Below, piece after piece: positions 10,561-21,489 of a stretch of DNA of 64,000 nucleotides. A model generated the notes under the pieces. It was not told where the DNA came from. It did not search any database and saw only the letters and a program-made list of their open reading frames with translations. The stretch covers positions 1,353,280 through 1,417,279 of the forward strand of contig OZ244626.1 in NCBI GenBank assembly GCA_965218495.1, in the 5' to 3' direction. How positions within the stretch are numbered: position 1 is the first letter of the stretch; every line of letters starts with the position of its first letter. The stretch is from Rhodothermales bacterium. GTDB taxonomy: Bacteria; Bacteroidota; Rhodothermia; Rhodothermales; Bin80. The translations under genes and the position numbers were made by a program.

Positions 10561-11040
10561 AGCCGTTTTTACTCGGTTTAGGCGGCGTGCGAGGCACCTG
10601 CGAGTCATGGGCACGCGGCCCCTGACTGCTAGATGGTGGCACCAGCGCGGGCCAAGCCGTCCCCATGCGCGCACCGATACAAAGAAGTTTCCGTAGCATG
10701 ACTTCCCTGGGTAGACAGGTCCAGCAGAAGAACGAATGCGTTGCCAGAGTGAATGAAGGTAACTACAGGCCAGGCACCGTTTTGGCTCTGTGCGCAGCAC
10801 ATGAGGGCAAGGACGGATCGCCTCTTTGTACGACCTTGCCCTGGCCGAGCGTCCACCTTGAGCGCTATGGACTGGTATCAAGGGTCACGTGCAATCTTAC
10901 CGTACTCTTCAAGGGCGTCGCTGCTGCGCGCGCTCATCACAGGTTCTGCCTTGCAGAGAGCTCCGTGGCACACGATTGGCCATTCGGCCGTACCCTACAG
11001 GACAAACTGAGAAACAACCTGAGCGGAGGCTTCCGATAGC

Positions 11041-12252
11041 ATGTCGCTGAGAGTCTACTCGCATTGCCAAATTGCCACCATGGAGCGCGGCACCAATCCA
11101 TACGGACTAATATCCGACGGTGCGCTGGCCTCAAGAGACGGAACGATCGAATGGATCGGAGCAAGAAACGCCCTGCCCGCGGTTTACGCGCATGCCAGCC
11201 CGGTGGACCTGAGAGGTGCTACGGTAACACCGGGGCTCATCGACTGCCATACTCACCTTGTGTTTGGTGGTAACCGGGCACGCGAATTCGAGCTGCGGCT
11301 GCAAGGTATGGACTACCAGCAGATTGCGCAGGCTGGAGGCGGAATCGTGTCGACCATGTTCGCCACACGGAAGGCTACCGAAGACGAGTTGGTAAAGGCG
11401 GCACTCCCACGCCTGGATGCGCTGATCTCCGAAGGTGTATGTGTGGTGGAAGTGAAGTCGGGCTATGGACTGAATATTGGCGATGAGCTAAAAATGCTAA
11501 GGGCAGCACGACGGCTGGGACAAGAGCGTCCGATTCGCATCGTCACATCGTGGCTGGCAGCTCATGCAGTTCCGCCGGAGTATCAGAGGAGGGCCGACGC
11601 CTATATTGATGAGGTTGCCGTGCGCGGCCTGGAGAAGGCCCATGCCGAGGGACTCGTGGACGCGGTAGATGGCTTCTGCGAATCTATTGCGTTTTCTCTG
11701 TCGCAGATTGCCCGCGTATTTGAAGCTGCTGACGCGCTTGGTCTTCCGAAGAGGCTGCACGCAGAGCAGCTTACCAACCTAGGCGGGGCCAAGCTGGCAG
11801 CATCCAATCATGCGCTCTCGGCAGATCACCTGGAATATCTTGATATTGAGGGTGTCAACGCGATGGCCGAATTCGGCACTGTTGCCGTTCTTCTTCCTGG
11901 AGCGTATTACACGCTTCGCCAAACACAGCCACCGCCTATCGAGGCTCTGCGTGATGCCCATGTCCCAATCGCTGTTGCAACGGACGGCAACCCCGGCTCT
12001 TCTCCCCTGTATTCCTTGCTCCTGGCCATGAACATGGCGTGCACGTTATTTCGGCTGACACCAGAAGAGGCGCTTAGCGGCACAACCACCACGGCCGCGA
12101 GGGCACTGGGTCTCGAGGAACAGTATGGGTCGCTATCGGTCGGAAAGCGGGCCGACCTTGCCGTCTGGGACATTGAGCACCCGCGCGAGCTGGCCTACCG
12201 GACTGGGCTCCATGTGCTCAGGATGAGGGTCATTGGAGGTGTGGTATGCTGA
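11041..12252 (+). CDS. hutI: Imidazolonepropionase
   Basis: 403 aa with ...[42 protein letters not shown]..., diagnostic HutI motifs. Confidence 0.9.
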   Translation: MSLRVYSHCQIATMERGTNPYGLISDGALASRDGTIEWIGARNALPAVYAHASPVDLRGATVTPGLIDCHTHLVFGGNRAREFELRLQGMDYQQIAQAGGGIVSTMFATRKATEDELVKAALPRLDALISEGVCVVEVKSGYGLNIGDELKMLRAARRLGQERPIRIVTSWLAAHAVPPEYQRRADAYIDEVAVRGLEKAHAEGLVDAVDGFCESIAFSLSQIARVFEAADALGLPKRLHAEQLTNLGGAKLAASNHALSADHLEYLDIEGVNAMAEFGTVAVLLPGAYYTLRQTQPPPIEALRDAHVPIAVATDGNPGSSPLYSLLLAMNMACTLFRLTPEEALSGTTTTAARALGLEEQYGSLSVGKRADLAVWDIEHPRELAYRTGLHVLRMRVIGGVVC

Positions 12253-13763
12253 TAGACCCCCAGCACATCACCCTTTCTGCGCTGGAATCAATCTACCGCG
12301 GGGCAGCTGCGGAGCTGATCCCGGGCTGCAAGGCCTCGGTAGACAAGAGCGCCAATGTTGTTGCACGTGCCGCCGCCGAAGCATTGCCAATCTATGGCAT
12401 CAACACCGGGTTCGGAAAGCTGGCTTCCGTGCGCATCTCTCCAGACGATGCTCTGACACTGCAGCGGAATCTGATCCAGAGCCACTGTGCAGGTGTTGGC
12501 GATCCGCTTCCCGCGAACGTCGTTCGGCTGGTTATTGTACTAAAGATGATTTCGTTAGGGCGCGGCGCATCCGGCGTCCGTTGGGAGTTGATTCGCATGC
12601 TCTCGGGTATGCTGCAGGCTGGAATCCTTCCGGTCATCCCGTCCCAGGGATCTGTCGGCGCCTCAGGAGATCTCGTGCCGCTGGCTCATCTGGCCGCAGC
12701 AATGATTGGCGAAGGGGACGTGGTGTGCCGAGGAAGGCCGATGCGAGCAACCCGGGCATTGCACGAGGCGGGATTGTCGCCTGTAGAGTTGCTTGCGAAG
12801 GAAGGGCTCGCGATGATCAATGGAACCCAGGTTTCTGCAGCGCTGGCCTTGGTAGGGCTTTTTGAAGCCTGGAGAAACGCTGTTACTTCGCTGACTACAG
12901 GTGCTCTGTCAACGGACGCGGCCATGGGGTCCCCTGTACCATTCCGCGCTGAAATCCATGAGTTGCGCGGCCACCAGGGGCAGATTGATGTTGCGTCCAC
13001 CCTGCGCCACCTGCTATCCGACTCACAAATCCGTGAGAACCATAGGCAAGGAGACACGCGTGTCCAGGATCCGTATTGCCTGCGCTGCCAGCCGCAGGTA
13101 CTCGGTGCCGTACTCACCGTGCTGAGGCAGGCGGGTGAAACGCTACGCATTGAAGCAGGGGCGGTGACGGATAATCCGCTGGTGCTTGAAGACGGCACAA
13201 TCGTCTCCGGTGGTAACTTCCACGGCGAGCCCGTCGGATTTGCTGCAGATCAGATCGCCATGGCAATAGCGGAAGCTGGCGCGATTGCACAGCGGCGCGT
13301 CTCGCTCCTTATCGATCCTGCGCTGTCCTACGGTCTTCCTGCCTTCCTCTCTCCGCGCCCCGGCTTGAACTCGGGCATGATGGCCGCGGAGATTATCTCC
13401 GCTGCACTCGCAGCAGAAAACAAGGCCCTGTCAAATCCGCGCGTGGTAGATAGCACGCCAACATCCGCGAACCAGGAGGACCATGTGGCCATGTCCTGCC
13501 ACGGGGCGCACCGGCTGATTGCGATGAACAGCAATCTTGCGCACTTGATCGGCATTGAGGCGATCTGTAGTGCACAGGGTGTCGAGATGCGGGCTCCACT
13601 CAAGACGAGCCCTACCCTGCAACATTACTTGTCGGTCATTCGAACGATCTCCGCACCACTGGAAGGGGACCGACCTCTAGCATCTGAATTGGAGAGTGCA
13701 GCGTCGCTTGTGCAGGAAGGTGCACTGATACCATTGTTATCACCGCAACTTGGTCCACAGTAG
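12246..13763 (+). CDS. hutH: Histidine ammonia-lyase
   Basis: 505 aa. Contains the MIO-forming motif [14 protein letters not shown]. Overlaps the hutI stop by 7 nt. Confidence 0.9.
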   Translation: MLIDPQHITLSALESIYRGAAAELIPGCKASVDKSANVVARAAAEALPIYGINTGFGKLASVRISPDDALTLQRNLIQSHCAGVGDPLPANVVRLVIVLKMISLGRGASGVRWELIRMLSGMLQAGILPVIPSQGSVGASGDLVPLAHLAAAMIGEGDVVCRGRPMRATRALHEAGLSPVELLAKEGLAMINGTQVSAALALVGLFEAWRNAVTSLTTGALSTDAAMGSPVPFRAEIHELRGHQGQIDVASTLRHLLSDSQIRENHRQGDTRVQDPYCLRCQPQVLGAVLTVLRQAGETLRIEAGAVTDNPLVLEDGTIVSGGNFHGEPVGFAADQIAMAIAEAGAIAQRRVSLLIDPALSYGLPAFLSPRPGLNSGMMAAEIISAALAAENKALSNPRVVDSTPTSANQEDHVAMSCHGAHRLIAMNSNLAHLIGIEAICSAQGVEMRAPLKTSPTLQHYLSVIRTISAPLEGDRPLASELESAASLVQEGALIPLLSPQLGPQ

Positions 13764-13765
13764 CT

Positions 13766-15427
13766 ATGCACAGCAGCGCTCGTTCCGTTAGTGCACCTAC
13801 GGGTACCCAGCTGACCTGCGGAAGCTGGCCGGTAGAAGCCGCCTACCGGATGATTCAGAATAACCTTGATGCTGAAGTTGCAGAAAACCCCAGTGAGTTG
13901 GTGGTGTACGGTGGCATTGGGCGCGCAGCCCGTTCTTGGCAGGCCTTCGACCGGATCCTGCAGTCCTTGAAGACACTGCAAGTCGACGAAACGCTGCTCG
14001 TCCAGTCGGGGAAGCCTGTCGGCATTTTTAGAACGCACAAAGACGCACCCCGCGTCCTTATTGCAAACTCCAACATCGTTCCATATTGGGCCACTTGGGA
14101 CACGTTCAACGAGCTCGACCGTAGAGGTCTGATGATGTACGGCCAGATGACTGCTGGATCATGGATCTATATCGGCACGCAGGGAATCGTTCAAGGGACG
14201 TACGAGACATTCGTTGAGGCAGGACGGCAACATTATGGCGGAAATCTGCAGGGAAGATGGGTCCTGACTGGCGGACTGGGAGGCATGGGCGGGGCGCAGC
14301 CGCTGGCTGCGGTCATGGCCGGCGCTTGCTGCCTGGCAGTAGAGTGCGATCCGTCCAGGATAGACTTCCGATTGCGTACGGGGTATCTGGATAAGCGCGT
14401 CGACAATGCCAGGGAGGCCCTCACGCTCATAGGCCAATGGACGCGCGCCGGCGAAGCGAAGTCCGTTGGATTGCTCGGAAACGCCGCAGATGTCTTCACA
14501 GAGCTCTTGCTAGCCGGGGTCCGCCCGGACATGGTGACAGATCAGACTTCCGCGCATGACCCGCTCAACGGCTACCTTCCGCAAGGCTGGACTCTTACTC
14601 AGTGGCATGAACGCCGTGTGCACGATCCCAAGACAGCGGAAGCAGCCGCACGGGCATCAATTCGTGCACACGTGGCAGCGATGGTTGGCTTCCGGGATGC
14701 AGGCATTCCCACCTTTGACTACGGCAACAACATCCGGCAAGTGGCGCTGGAAGAGGGGCTTGAGCGTGCTTTTGCCTTTCCTGGATTTGTGCCGGCCTAC
14801 ATCAGGCCGCTTTTTTGCCGTGGCATCGGTCCATTCCGATGGGTTGCACTCTCCGGCGATCCTGAAGACATCTACCGCACCGACGAGAAGGTGAAGGAAC
14901 TTCTGCCGGAGGACAAGCACCTGGTCAACTGGCTGGAGCTGGCACGGCAGAGAATTCGTTTCCAGGGACTTCCAGCGAGGATTTGCTGGGTTGGCCTTGG
15001 CGACCGTGATCGCCTGGGACTCGCGTTCAACGATATGGTGCGCAGCGGTGAGGTGTCGGCGCCGATCGTTATTGGGCGGGACCACCTCGATGCCGGTTCG
15101 GTAGCATCGCCCAACCGGGAAACCGAATCCATGCGCGACGGCTCGGATGTGGTTTCCGACTGGCCGCTGCTGAATGCGCTGCTCAACACGGCATCTGGAG
15201 CGACTTGGGTGTCGTTTCACCACGGTGGCGGTGTCGGGATGGGGTTCTCCCAGCACGCCGGAATGGTAGTCGTTGCCGACGGCACTGACGAGGCTGCCGA
15301 AAGGCTCAAGAGGGTACTGTGGAACGACCCGGGCTCCGGGGTTATGCGTCACGCAGATGCAGGCTATACGGACGCGATCGACTGCGCCGATAGCATGGGG
15401 CTGAACCTTCCTGGCATCCGGTCATAG
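13766..15427 (+). CDS. hutU: Urocanate hydratase
   Basis: 553 aa with ...[15 protein letters not shown]..., ...[13 protein letters not shown]... and ...[21 protein letters not shown]..., canonical HutU blocks. Confidence 0.9.
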   Translation: MHSSARSVSAPTGTQLTCGSWPVEAAYRMIQNNLDAEVAENPSELVVYGGIGRAARSWQAFDRILQSLKTLQVDETLLVQSGKPVGIFRTHKDAPRVLIANSNIVPYWATWDTFNELDRRGLMMYGQMTAGSWIYIGTQGIVQGTYETFVEAGRQHYGGNLQGRWVLTGGLGGMGGAQPLAAVMAGACCLAVECDPSRIDFRLRTGYLDKRVDNAREALTLIGQWTRAGEAKSVGLLGNAADVFTELLLAGVRPDMVTDQTSAHDPLNGYLPQGWTLTQWHERRVHDPKTAEAAARASIRAHVAAMVGFRDAGIPTFDYGNNIRQVALEEGLERAFAFPGFVPAYIRPLFCRGIGPFRWVALSGDPEDIYRTDEKVKELLPEDKHLVNWLELARQRIRFQGLPARICWVGLGDRDRLGLAFNDMVRSGEVSAPIVIGRDHLDAGSVASPNRETESMRDGSDVVSDWPLLNALLNTASGATWVSFHHGGGVGMGFSQHAGMVVVADGTDEAAERLKRVLWNDPGSGVMRHADAGYTDAIDCADSMGLNLPGIRS

Positions 15428-15806
15428 GCTGCCGCCGGCGAGACCTGCAGGTTGGCGATCAGGCTGACGCCTGATGTAACCACTAACGTCGTCATAGGCG
15501 GTGCACCGCGGGACTGGGAGGCACCACAGGCAGGCGGTCAGCTATGTCACCGTCCGCGATGCTGACTGCACACAGATAAAGGCAGCCACAATGTCAATTG
15601 ATAGCCAGCATTGGTAGAGCAGTTGACAATCGCACAATCACCGCGGGAGTCGCGACCATTGAATATGGAGAAAAACCTCGCCAGATGGTTGCGCACGCGC
15701 ACGGCCAACCAGCCTGCCGTGCAGCAGATCCAGTCACTGCAAGCCCCCTTACGAAACAGCGTGTCCACTAAACCTGTTTACTGGTGACGCAATTGACGCC
15801 GACGCC

Positions 15807-16448
15807 GTGAATACACGTATATTCCTCCTGATCGCTGCAGTCCTGGTTACGGCTTCGCCGGCTCTTGCGCAACGATGGGAAGGATCCATCAAACTCGGAG
15901 GTGCTTCGACCACCTTCAGCGGTGACCTTGCAGCTGGCACAACAACTTGGAACCGCCGTTCCGGCTTTGCCGCGGGCGCCTCATTGGGGCTGAGGCTTCG
16001 CTACGGGCTTTCGCCCGCCGTGGACCTTTCTTACGTGCGCATGGGCGCCAGTGCACCCGTGATGTATCTGGGTGTACCCGCAACCGTACGGAGCGACCTG
16101 ACCTACCTCACCTCTTCATTTCTGCTACAGTATCGACTCCATACCGGGCAGTACGTGTACCCGCGAATATTTGCAGGCCCTGCCCTATCCTACAAGTTGG
16201 GCGCTACAATCACGGTAGAGGCACGGGACGGGCTCGGCGTCCTCACGGAGCAGGACGACTCCGTTGAAGGATCGGACTACGGCTTCACCATTGGTGGTGC
16301 CGTTGATTTTGAATTGGGGGGCCAAATCCTGACGCTTGAAGTGCGCTACTACATCGGGCAGCGAGACGTGACCAAACCAAATCCAGAGCTGGGTGAATCT
16401 GCACTTCGGAACAGGGGCGTCATAGTAATGGTCGGCATCCTATTCTAG
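15807..16448 (+). CDS. Small outer-membrane beta-barrel protein (PorT/OmpA-like barrel family)
   Basis: Signal peptide MNTRIFLLIAAVLVTASPALAQ, alternating amphipathic strands, and a C-terminal ...VMVGILF with a terminal aromatic residue. It is a paralogue of the split gene at 58544-61519. Confidence 0.65.
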   Translation: MNTRIFLLIAAVLVTASPALAQRWEGSIKLGGASTTFSGDLAAGTTTWNRRSGFAAGASLGLRLRYGLSPAVDLSYVRMGASAPVMYLGVPATVRSDLTYLTSSFLLQYRLHTGQYVYPRIFAGPALSYKLGATITVEARDGLGVLTEQDDSVEGSDYGFTIGGAVDFELGGQILTLEVRYYIGQRDVTKPNPELGESALRNRGVIVMVGILF

Positions 16449-17243
16449 CGTCGCCAGCTTTTGAATTAGCTCATTCGCTGCTCTTGCAATCCGTGTTGCA
16501 TCCGCGGCAACTTCTTGCAGCATAGCTGTCGAGTCCGACACCGTGGACGCCATCACATGCAGCGCGACGCCAGACGATGCTAGCGCCTGTGCCAGCGCCG
16601 TGGAGTCTGACGGCGCGAGATAGATTAGTGCGCGGGTGCTTCCAGCAGGCCACAAGGGCCGGCGCAGATACGCGCGAAGTCCTGCGTAGTTTTCGTCATG
16701 CCCCGAAAAGGCTGCTACCATGATCGTTCGGTCCGGCACGAATCCACGTTGGCTAGCTAAGCCATAGTTGCGTGCAATCTCCATGAGTGCCGCGAGTCCC
16801 TGGCGCGACCCGGACCCATCAAGGTCAGCACCCACAATCACTAGCTCGGAAGCGAATACAGGGTGGGAGCCCGCGGCATAGGCCATCACGTTGTGGCCGT
16901 TGCGCCGCTTGTCGCTTCGTACCCGTAAAGTGTTGTACTCGACCGCCGCAGAACTCGCCAAAGCAGGCTGCAGCCCATGCATCTGCGCCACGGCATAGGC
17001 CGCCTCGTGGGTGAGCTGCTGAGCCGCACCAGGATCAAGTGCCGTGGGATCCTTCAGGAATTGCAAGTCGGCGAGAAGGCGACTCTCGTGCCACGGGGTT
17101 TGCAGCCATGCAGCGGACAACACCTCGACTTCCTGGTGCAACGTGTGACAACCCACCCAAGCTACTGACACACTGCACAGCACCGCGGCGAATGCAGGCG
17201 TGAAAGCGTACCAGCGGACGGTACGGGATAGCCCGTAGGCCAT
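16440..17243 (-). CDS. M28-peptidase-like lipoprotein (metal ligands not evident)
   Basis: ...NVMAYAAGSHPVFASELVIVGADLDGSGSRQGLAALMEIARNY...IMVAAFSGHDENYAGLRAY resembles the M28 core, but the usual His/Asp/Glu ligand positions are substituted. I chose the MAYGLSRTVRWYAF...VGC start (lipobox-like) to avoid overlap with the upstream gene. Confidence 0.4.
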   Translation of the reverse strand: MAYGLSRTVRWYAFTPAFAAVLCSVSVAWVGCHTLHQEVEVLSAAWLQTPWHESRLLADLQFLKDPTALDPGAAQQLTHEAAYAVAQMHGLQPALASSAAVEYNTLRVRSDKRRNGHNVMAYAAGSHPVFASELVIVGADLDGSGSRQGLAALMEIARNYGLASQRGFVPDRTIMVAAFSGHDENYAGLRAYLRRPLWPAGSTRALIYLAPSDSTALAQALASSGVALHVMASTVSDSTAMLQEVAADATRIARAANELIQKLATLE

Positions 17244-17338
17244 CCGACAGCCAGGCGGCGCCATGCGCTGCGGCCGCATCACACTTTGGGCAGGCGCGCC
17301 GTTGATTCGAGTCCTTTTCCCCAACGGGTCAAGGCGGG

Positions 17339-18472
17339 CTACATCATGTCCTCCAGTGCGTCGCAAAAGTGATCCCAGCTATGCGCACGCTTTTTGCGCT
17401 GAACCCCATTCGCCAAGCGTGCCTGTAAATCCTCCTGGAAAAAACGTACCACCGCGCTGGCTATTGCCTGTGGATCCTCCGGCGGCACCACCAGCCCCGC
17501 TTCTTCATGACCAACAATCTCGGCAAGGCCTCCGACATCGGTAATTATCAGCGGCTTTTCGAAATGGAATGCTACCTGCGCCACGCCGCTCTGCGTGGCG
17601 GTGATATACGGCTGTACTATCACATCAGCCGCTGCAAAGTACTTCTTGACCTCTTCCTTCGGGATGTAGTTGGCGTGCAGCAAAATCTGCGAGGCGAGCC
17701 CTGCGGATTCGATCAGGGACCGGTACCGGGCTTCATCTTCGTAAAACTCACCTGCGATGACCAGCCGCACCTTCGGAAGCGCCGCCACGATTGATGGCAT
17801 GCTTTCCAATAGCACGTGGAGTCCCTTGTACCGCCGAATGAAGCCGAAGAAAAGCAGCACCGGAGCCTCTGGCGGGAGTCCTAGTGCAGCTCTGGCCTCC
17901 TTGCCATCCATTGGCTGACCGAATTTGTCGTAGACGGGGTGATTCAGCAGCTTCCGCGGTGCCTTTATTCCAAGCACATCCAAGTCGCGCCCCACCTCGC
18001 CGGACATTACAACACAACCGTGGGCAGCTCGCAAAAATGAGCGGCTCAGCACCTTATCCCCGAAGTGGCGCTCGTGCGGGATGGCATTGTGTACTATGGC
18101 CAGCACCGTGGCTCCTTTTGCCCGGAGGCGCCGAGCAATCGTGCCAAGCGACGGCGCGAAAAATGGCATCCAGTATGGTATGATCACCACATCCGGCCCC
18201 CAATGCGCGATCTGCCCCACCGCCCTGTACCACGTAAGTGGATTGATCGAGTCAATCAGGCGCACCGAAGGCACTGGTCGGGCCACAGGCCCAGCTTCGT
18301 ACTGGGACTTGCCGGGAAACAGCGCATCAGGATATTGCCGCGTAAACGTGATCGCCGTCACGGTATGGCGCCGCTCTCGAAGCCGCCAGAAAAGCGTTTC
18401 AGAAAAGTGTGCTATGCCTCCCCGGAATGGGTACACGGGGCCCACTATTGCAATCTTTCGCCTAAACTTCAT
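17339..18472 (-). CDS. Glycosyltransferase family 4
   Basis: MKFRRKIAIVGPVYPFRGGIAHF... at the N-terminus and ...LVIAGEFYEDEARYRSL...DVIVQPYITATQSGV... at the C-terminus, a GT-B/GT4 pattern. Confidence 0.75.
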   Translation of the reverse strand: MKFRRKIAIVGPVYPFRGGIAHFSETLFWRLRERRHTVTAITFTRQYPDALFPGKSQYEAGPVARPVPSVRLIDSINPLTWYRAVGQIAHWGPDVVIIPYWMPFFAPSLGTIARRLRAKGATVLAIVHNAIPHERHFGDKVLSRSFLRAAHGCVVMSGEVGRDLDVLGIKAPRKLLNHPVYDKFGQPMDGKEARAALGLPPEAPVLLFFGFIRRYKGLHVLLESMPSIVAALPKVRLVIAGEFYEDEARYRSLIESAGLASQILLHANYIPKEEVKKYFAAADVIVQPYITATQSGVAQVAFHFEKPLIITDVGGLAEIVGHEEAGLVVPPEDPQAIASAVVRFFQEDLQARLANGVQRKKRAHSWDHFCDALEDMM

Positions 18473-18801
18473 GCACACGCGCGCCTGTCGCTACGCCCTA
18501 TTCCCATAATCGCCACAGTCCCATCATGGCCACTAACTAATGTAGTACTTTAACTGACAAGGATATATGTACACATTCTTGCATCCCGTGCAATGGCAGG
18601 CATGCTCTTGCAGAAGGCAAGGACGGCGCAATCTGTAGCCTCCTGCTGCCTCTGTGACTGTACACGGTGCAACGTGCGCGGGCAACCGCGGTTGCTTTGG
18701 CTGCCACCTGCTTTGCAACGGGCAACCATACACTGAAACCGCCACGGCATACGCGTCGTACTCTGCACAAGGTAATCGATAAACGAACAGCTGGTGAAAC
18801 T

Positions 18802-19158
18802 ATGCTAAACAAAGATCAGGTCAAGAAGCGACTGGACGCGCTGAAGGCCGAAGGCAAGGAACGGTTTGAGGAGCTGAAGGTTGAGGGCAGCGGGCTCGCA
18901 GGCAAGGTGCGCGACATCATCGACGAAGGCAAGGCGCGCAAGATCACTATCAAGAAAGGTGATCGGGTGCTGGCGGAGTTTCCGCTGGCGGTAGGTGTTG
19001 GCGGTGCCGCTGCGGCTGTGCTGTTGGCTCCGACCTTGGCGGCCGTGGGCGCCATCGGCACGCTCGTATCGGACGTGGAGGTCGTCATTCATCGGGATCC
19101 CGACCCGGGCCATGGTGAAGAAGTGCGGACCGTCGAGTATAGCGAAGTCGACGAATAG
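18802..19158 (+). CDS. DUF4342-domain protein
   Basis: Internal start MLNKDQVKKRLDALKAEGKERFEEL. The ...KITIKKGDRVLAEFPLAVGVGGAAAAVLLAPTLAAVGAIGTLVSDVEVVI segment matches my recollection of the DUF4342 pattern. Confidence 0.5.
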   Translation: MLNKDQVKKRLDALKAEGKERFEELKVEGSGLAGKVRDIIDEGKARKITIKKGDRVLAEFPLAVGVGGAAAAVLLAPTLAAVGAIGTLVSDVEVVIHRDPDPGHGEEVRTVEYSEVDE

Positions 19159-19166
19159 GCCGGTCA

Positions 19167-20144
19167 TTGCCCGCGCCCAGCTTACTTGGCGATAGTCGCC
19201 TTCCCGTATCTTTTGCCGACGTTGCCGCCGCTGCGAAGCGCTTGGACGGCGTGGCGCACCGCACCGCAATTGCCACGTCACGGACGCTAAACAGTCGCGT
19301 TGGCGCCTCTGTCTTCTGCAAGTGCGAGAATTTTCAGCGCGCCGGCGCCTTCAAGTTTCGTGGGGCATACAATGCGCTGAGCCAGGTTGACGACGACAGT
19401 CGTAGACGCGGCGTCCTGACGTTCTCGTCAGGAAATCACGCCCAGGCCGTGGCCCTGGCAGGGCAGCTCCTTGGAGTTCCTGCCACCATCATCATGCCGC
19501 ACGACGCACCGGTGGTAAAGCTTCAAGCGACCCGCGGCTATGGAGCTGCCATCATTACATATGATCGAAACGAAGAGAGCCGCGAGACGCTCGCGGCGCG
19601 CATAGCCAAGGAGCAGCAACTGCATGTGATCCCGCCGTATGACGATCCGCATATCGTAGCCGGCGGGGGTACGGCGGCGCTGGAACTCCTGCAGGACGCC
19701 GACCCGCTTGACTTTGTGCTGGTTCCGTGTGGCGGGGGCGGCCTCCTGTCCGGCTCAGCCCTTTCTGTGCGTGCTATGGCGCCTCAGTGCCAAGTCATTG
19801 GGGTTGAGCCAGCCAACGCCGACGATGCAACCCGAAGCTTCCGCACGGGAGTGCTGCACAAGGTGTCCAACCCTGACACCATTGCCGATGGCGCCCGCAC
19901 ACCGTCTCTGGGGAAGATCACGTTTCCGCTGGTGAAGAACCTCGTGCACGACATGGTGACCGTGACCGAGGAGCAGATCCTCACTGCAACGCGTTTTCTG
20001 TGGGAGCGCATGAAGCTGGTAGTCGAGCCCACCGGCAGCTTGGCGGTAGCTGCACTCCTGGGTGGCGCCTTTGTCGCCAAAGACGCGCGCATTGGCGTGA
20101 TTTTAAGCGGTGGCAACGCTGACCTCGGACTCTGGGCTGCCTAA
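19167..20144 (+). CDS. PLP-dependent threonine/serine dehydratase family (serine-racemase-like)
   Basis: ...VFCKCENFQRAGAFKFRGAYNAL... carries the PLP-binding Lys motif, ...PCGGGGLLSG... is the glycine loop, and the size is 325 aa. Confidence 0.8.
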   Translation: MPAPSLLGDSRLPVSFADVAAAAKRLDGVAHRTAIATSRTLNSRVGASVFCKCENFQRAGAFKFRGAYNALSQVDDDSRRRGVLTFSSGNHAQAVALAGQLLGVPATIIMPHDAPVVKLQATRGYGAAIITYDRNEESRETLAARIAKEQQLHVIPPYDDPHIVAGGGTAALELLQDADPLDFVLVPCGGGGLLSGSALSVRAMAPQCQVIGVEPANADDATRSFRTGVLHKVSNPDTIADGARTPSLGKITFPLVKNLVHDMVTVTEEQILTATRFLWERMKLVVEPTGSLAVAALLGGAFVAKDARIGVILSGGNADLGLWAA

Positions 20145-20251
20145 GGGCACTGCCTTGGATGTGAACGCACTGGCCAGTTTGAGAATTGCCCTTGAAATAC
20201 CGGCCGCCCCAATACCTGCTAACCACGGAGAAACAACACAATCGCCGAGGC

Positions 20252-20273
20252 CACTGACATCCCGTTGTCAGTG
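20252..20273 (+). terminator. Possible intrinsic terminator hairpin after the dehydratase gene
   Basis: Perfect 8-bp inverted repeat CACTGACA tcccgt TGTCAGTG, followed by the T-containing tract ...CCCCTTATCTTT. Confidence 0.35.
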
Positions 20274-20278
20274 ACACC

Positions 20279-20293
20279 CCTTATCTTTGGGAA
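20279..20293 (+). repeat. 15-nt direct repeat, copy 1 (CCCTTATCTTTGGGA)
   Basis: Identical 15-mer at 22664-22678. The two copies bracket the AT-richer islet. Confidence 0.8.
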
Positions 20294-20301
20294 CTACATA
20301 C

Positions 20302-20685
20302 CTAATTGCACCCCTTTGGTAAAGGAGTTCTGGGAATATTGTAGCCAAGGCTGTCACCTAAAGCGATTGCCATTACGTTCCACTTGGCTAACAGGTGTTG
20401 CCTGATCAACTGCTCAAGACTGGGGATCCGGCTCCTGAGGCGAAAGCACAGCTTCTTGTGCATGTCTCCATGCTCTGATCTGAAATCGACGTCATCACAC
20501 AACATATCGTCATAGATGACCTTTATCGTGTCCAACCGATCCATGAGCGAGATCACCGTGTCCTCCATCTGGGAGGTCCATACGGTGTCTTGCAAGGACG
20601 GAACATCTTGGCCCATGCAACACATGGCCATCAGGCCGGTGATCGTCAACACGACAACCGAGACTAAGTAAGAAGCACGGGTCAT
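20302..20685 (-). CDS. Hypothetical small secreted/membrane-anchored protein
   Basis: 127 aa with an N-terminal hydrophobic segment, MTRASYLVSVVVLTITGLMAMCCMG. I recognise no family. AT-richer codon usage than the backbone. Confidence 0.4.
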   Translation of the reverse strand: MTRASYLVSVVVLTITGLMAMCCMGQDVPSLQDTVWTSQMEDTVISLMDRLDTIKVIYDDMLCDDVDFRSEHGDMHKKLCFRLRSRIPSLEQLIRQHLLAKWNVMAIALGDSLGYNIPRTPLPKGCN

Positions 20686-20970
20686 GGCTGCGGATGGCTA
20701 TGCCAAGTGTCCAGCGAAAGGCGCCGGGCCTTGGTGCTGCTATACCAGATCGCTCCTTGCTCGAACGAGCAAGTGGAAGACCCCGCCTGTTCACCCGCTG
20801 CAAAGGAGCGACGTCTGCAGTATGTCGGGCTTATTCAGCGAGAAGCCCGACATGAATCGAGCGACCGTGGCAGAACCAAAGAGACAATACAAAATAAACT
20901 TGCGAAACACAAGAACCCTCGATAAAGTCGTCAGTATACGTAGTGTGCTCACGTAAAAGCTAGCAAAGCC

Positions 20971-21156
20971 ATGAGCTTCAACTTCGATGGCGCCACGCTG
21001 ATCAATCTGATCCTCTTGATTGCCATACTGGGATTCATGTGGAAACTCAGCCAGGATGTGTCAGGATTGTCTCAGCGCGTCGCCCGCATTGAGGGCATCC
21101 TGTCTGTCACACACGGAACTGCGGCGGCCGCGCCGATGAAACCTGCACAGCCATGA
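20971..21156 (+). CDS. Hypothetical 61-aa single-pass membrane protein
   Basis: MSFNFDGATLINLILLIAILGFMWKL..RVARIEGIL. Its stop overlaps the next ATG (ATGA). Confidence 0.35.
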   Translation: MSFNFDGATLINLILLIAILGFMWKLSQDVSGLSQRVARIEGILSVTHGTAAAAPMKPAQP

Positions 21157-21416
21157 CCACCGACTTCGAGACCTTTGTGCGGGAATCGCTGTCCAAGATG
21201 GACGAGCGCTTCGACAAGATGGACGAGCGCTTCGACAAGACGGCCACGAAAGCAGACCTGGCCGATTTGGCCACGAAAGCAGACCTGGCCGATTTGGCCA
21301 CGAAAGCAGACCTGGCCAGAGTTGAGAAACGTTTAACGACCGCGATCAGGGGCCTGGGCAAGGCCTTCATGGACTCAACTGGCCGCGTACGGGATGACGA
21401 ATTCGTTGATGCGTAA
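21153..21416 (+). CDS. Hypothetical 87-aa coiled-coil protein with internal tandem repeats (DUF1640-like flavour)
   Basis: KMDERFD occurs twice (DNA 21-mer x2 at 21195-21236) and TKADLADLA about three times (27-mer x~2.8 at 21242-21317). Confidence 0.4.
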   Translation: MTTDFETFVRESLSKMDERFDKMDERFDKTATKADLADLATKADLADLATKADLARVEKRLTTAIRGLGKAFMDSTGRVRDDEFVDA

Positions 21417-21489
21417 GGATTTAGCCATCTAGCAAGCGAAACCTTCTTGGTACAATTACGTATCATGGTGTAACCGCAAGGACAACACC

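Noticed and set aside
21195-21317. Tandem 21-nt and 27-nt repeats, and the 23-nt repeats at 23165-23274, as possible CRISPR arrays.
   Set aside because: The repeats are contiguous with no unique spacers. The first set is in frame inside a small ORF, and the second fits IS21 terminal repeats. No cas genes are nearby.
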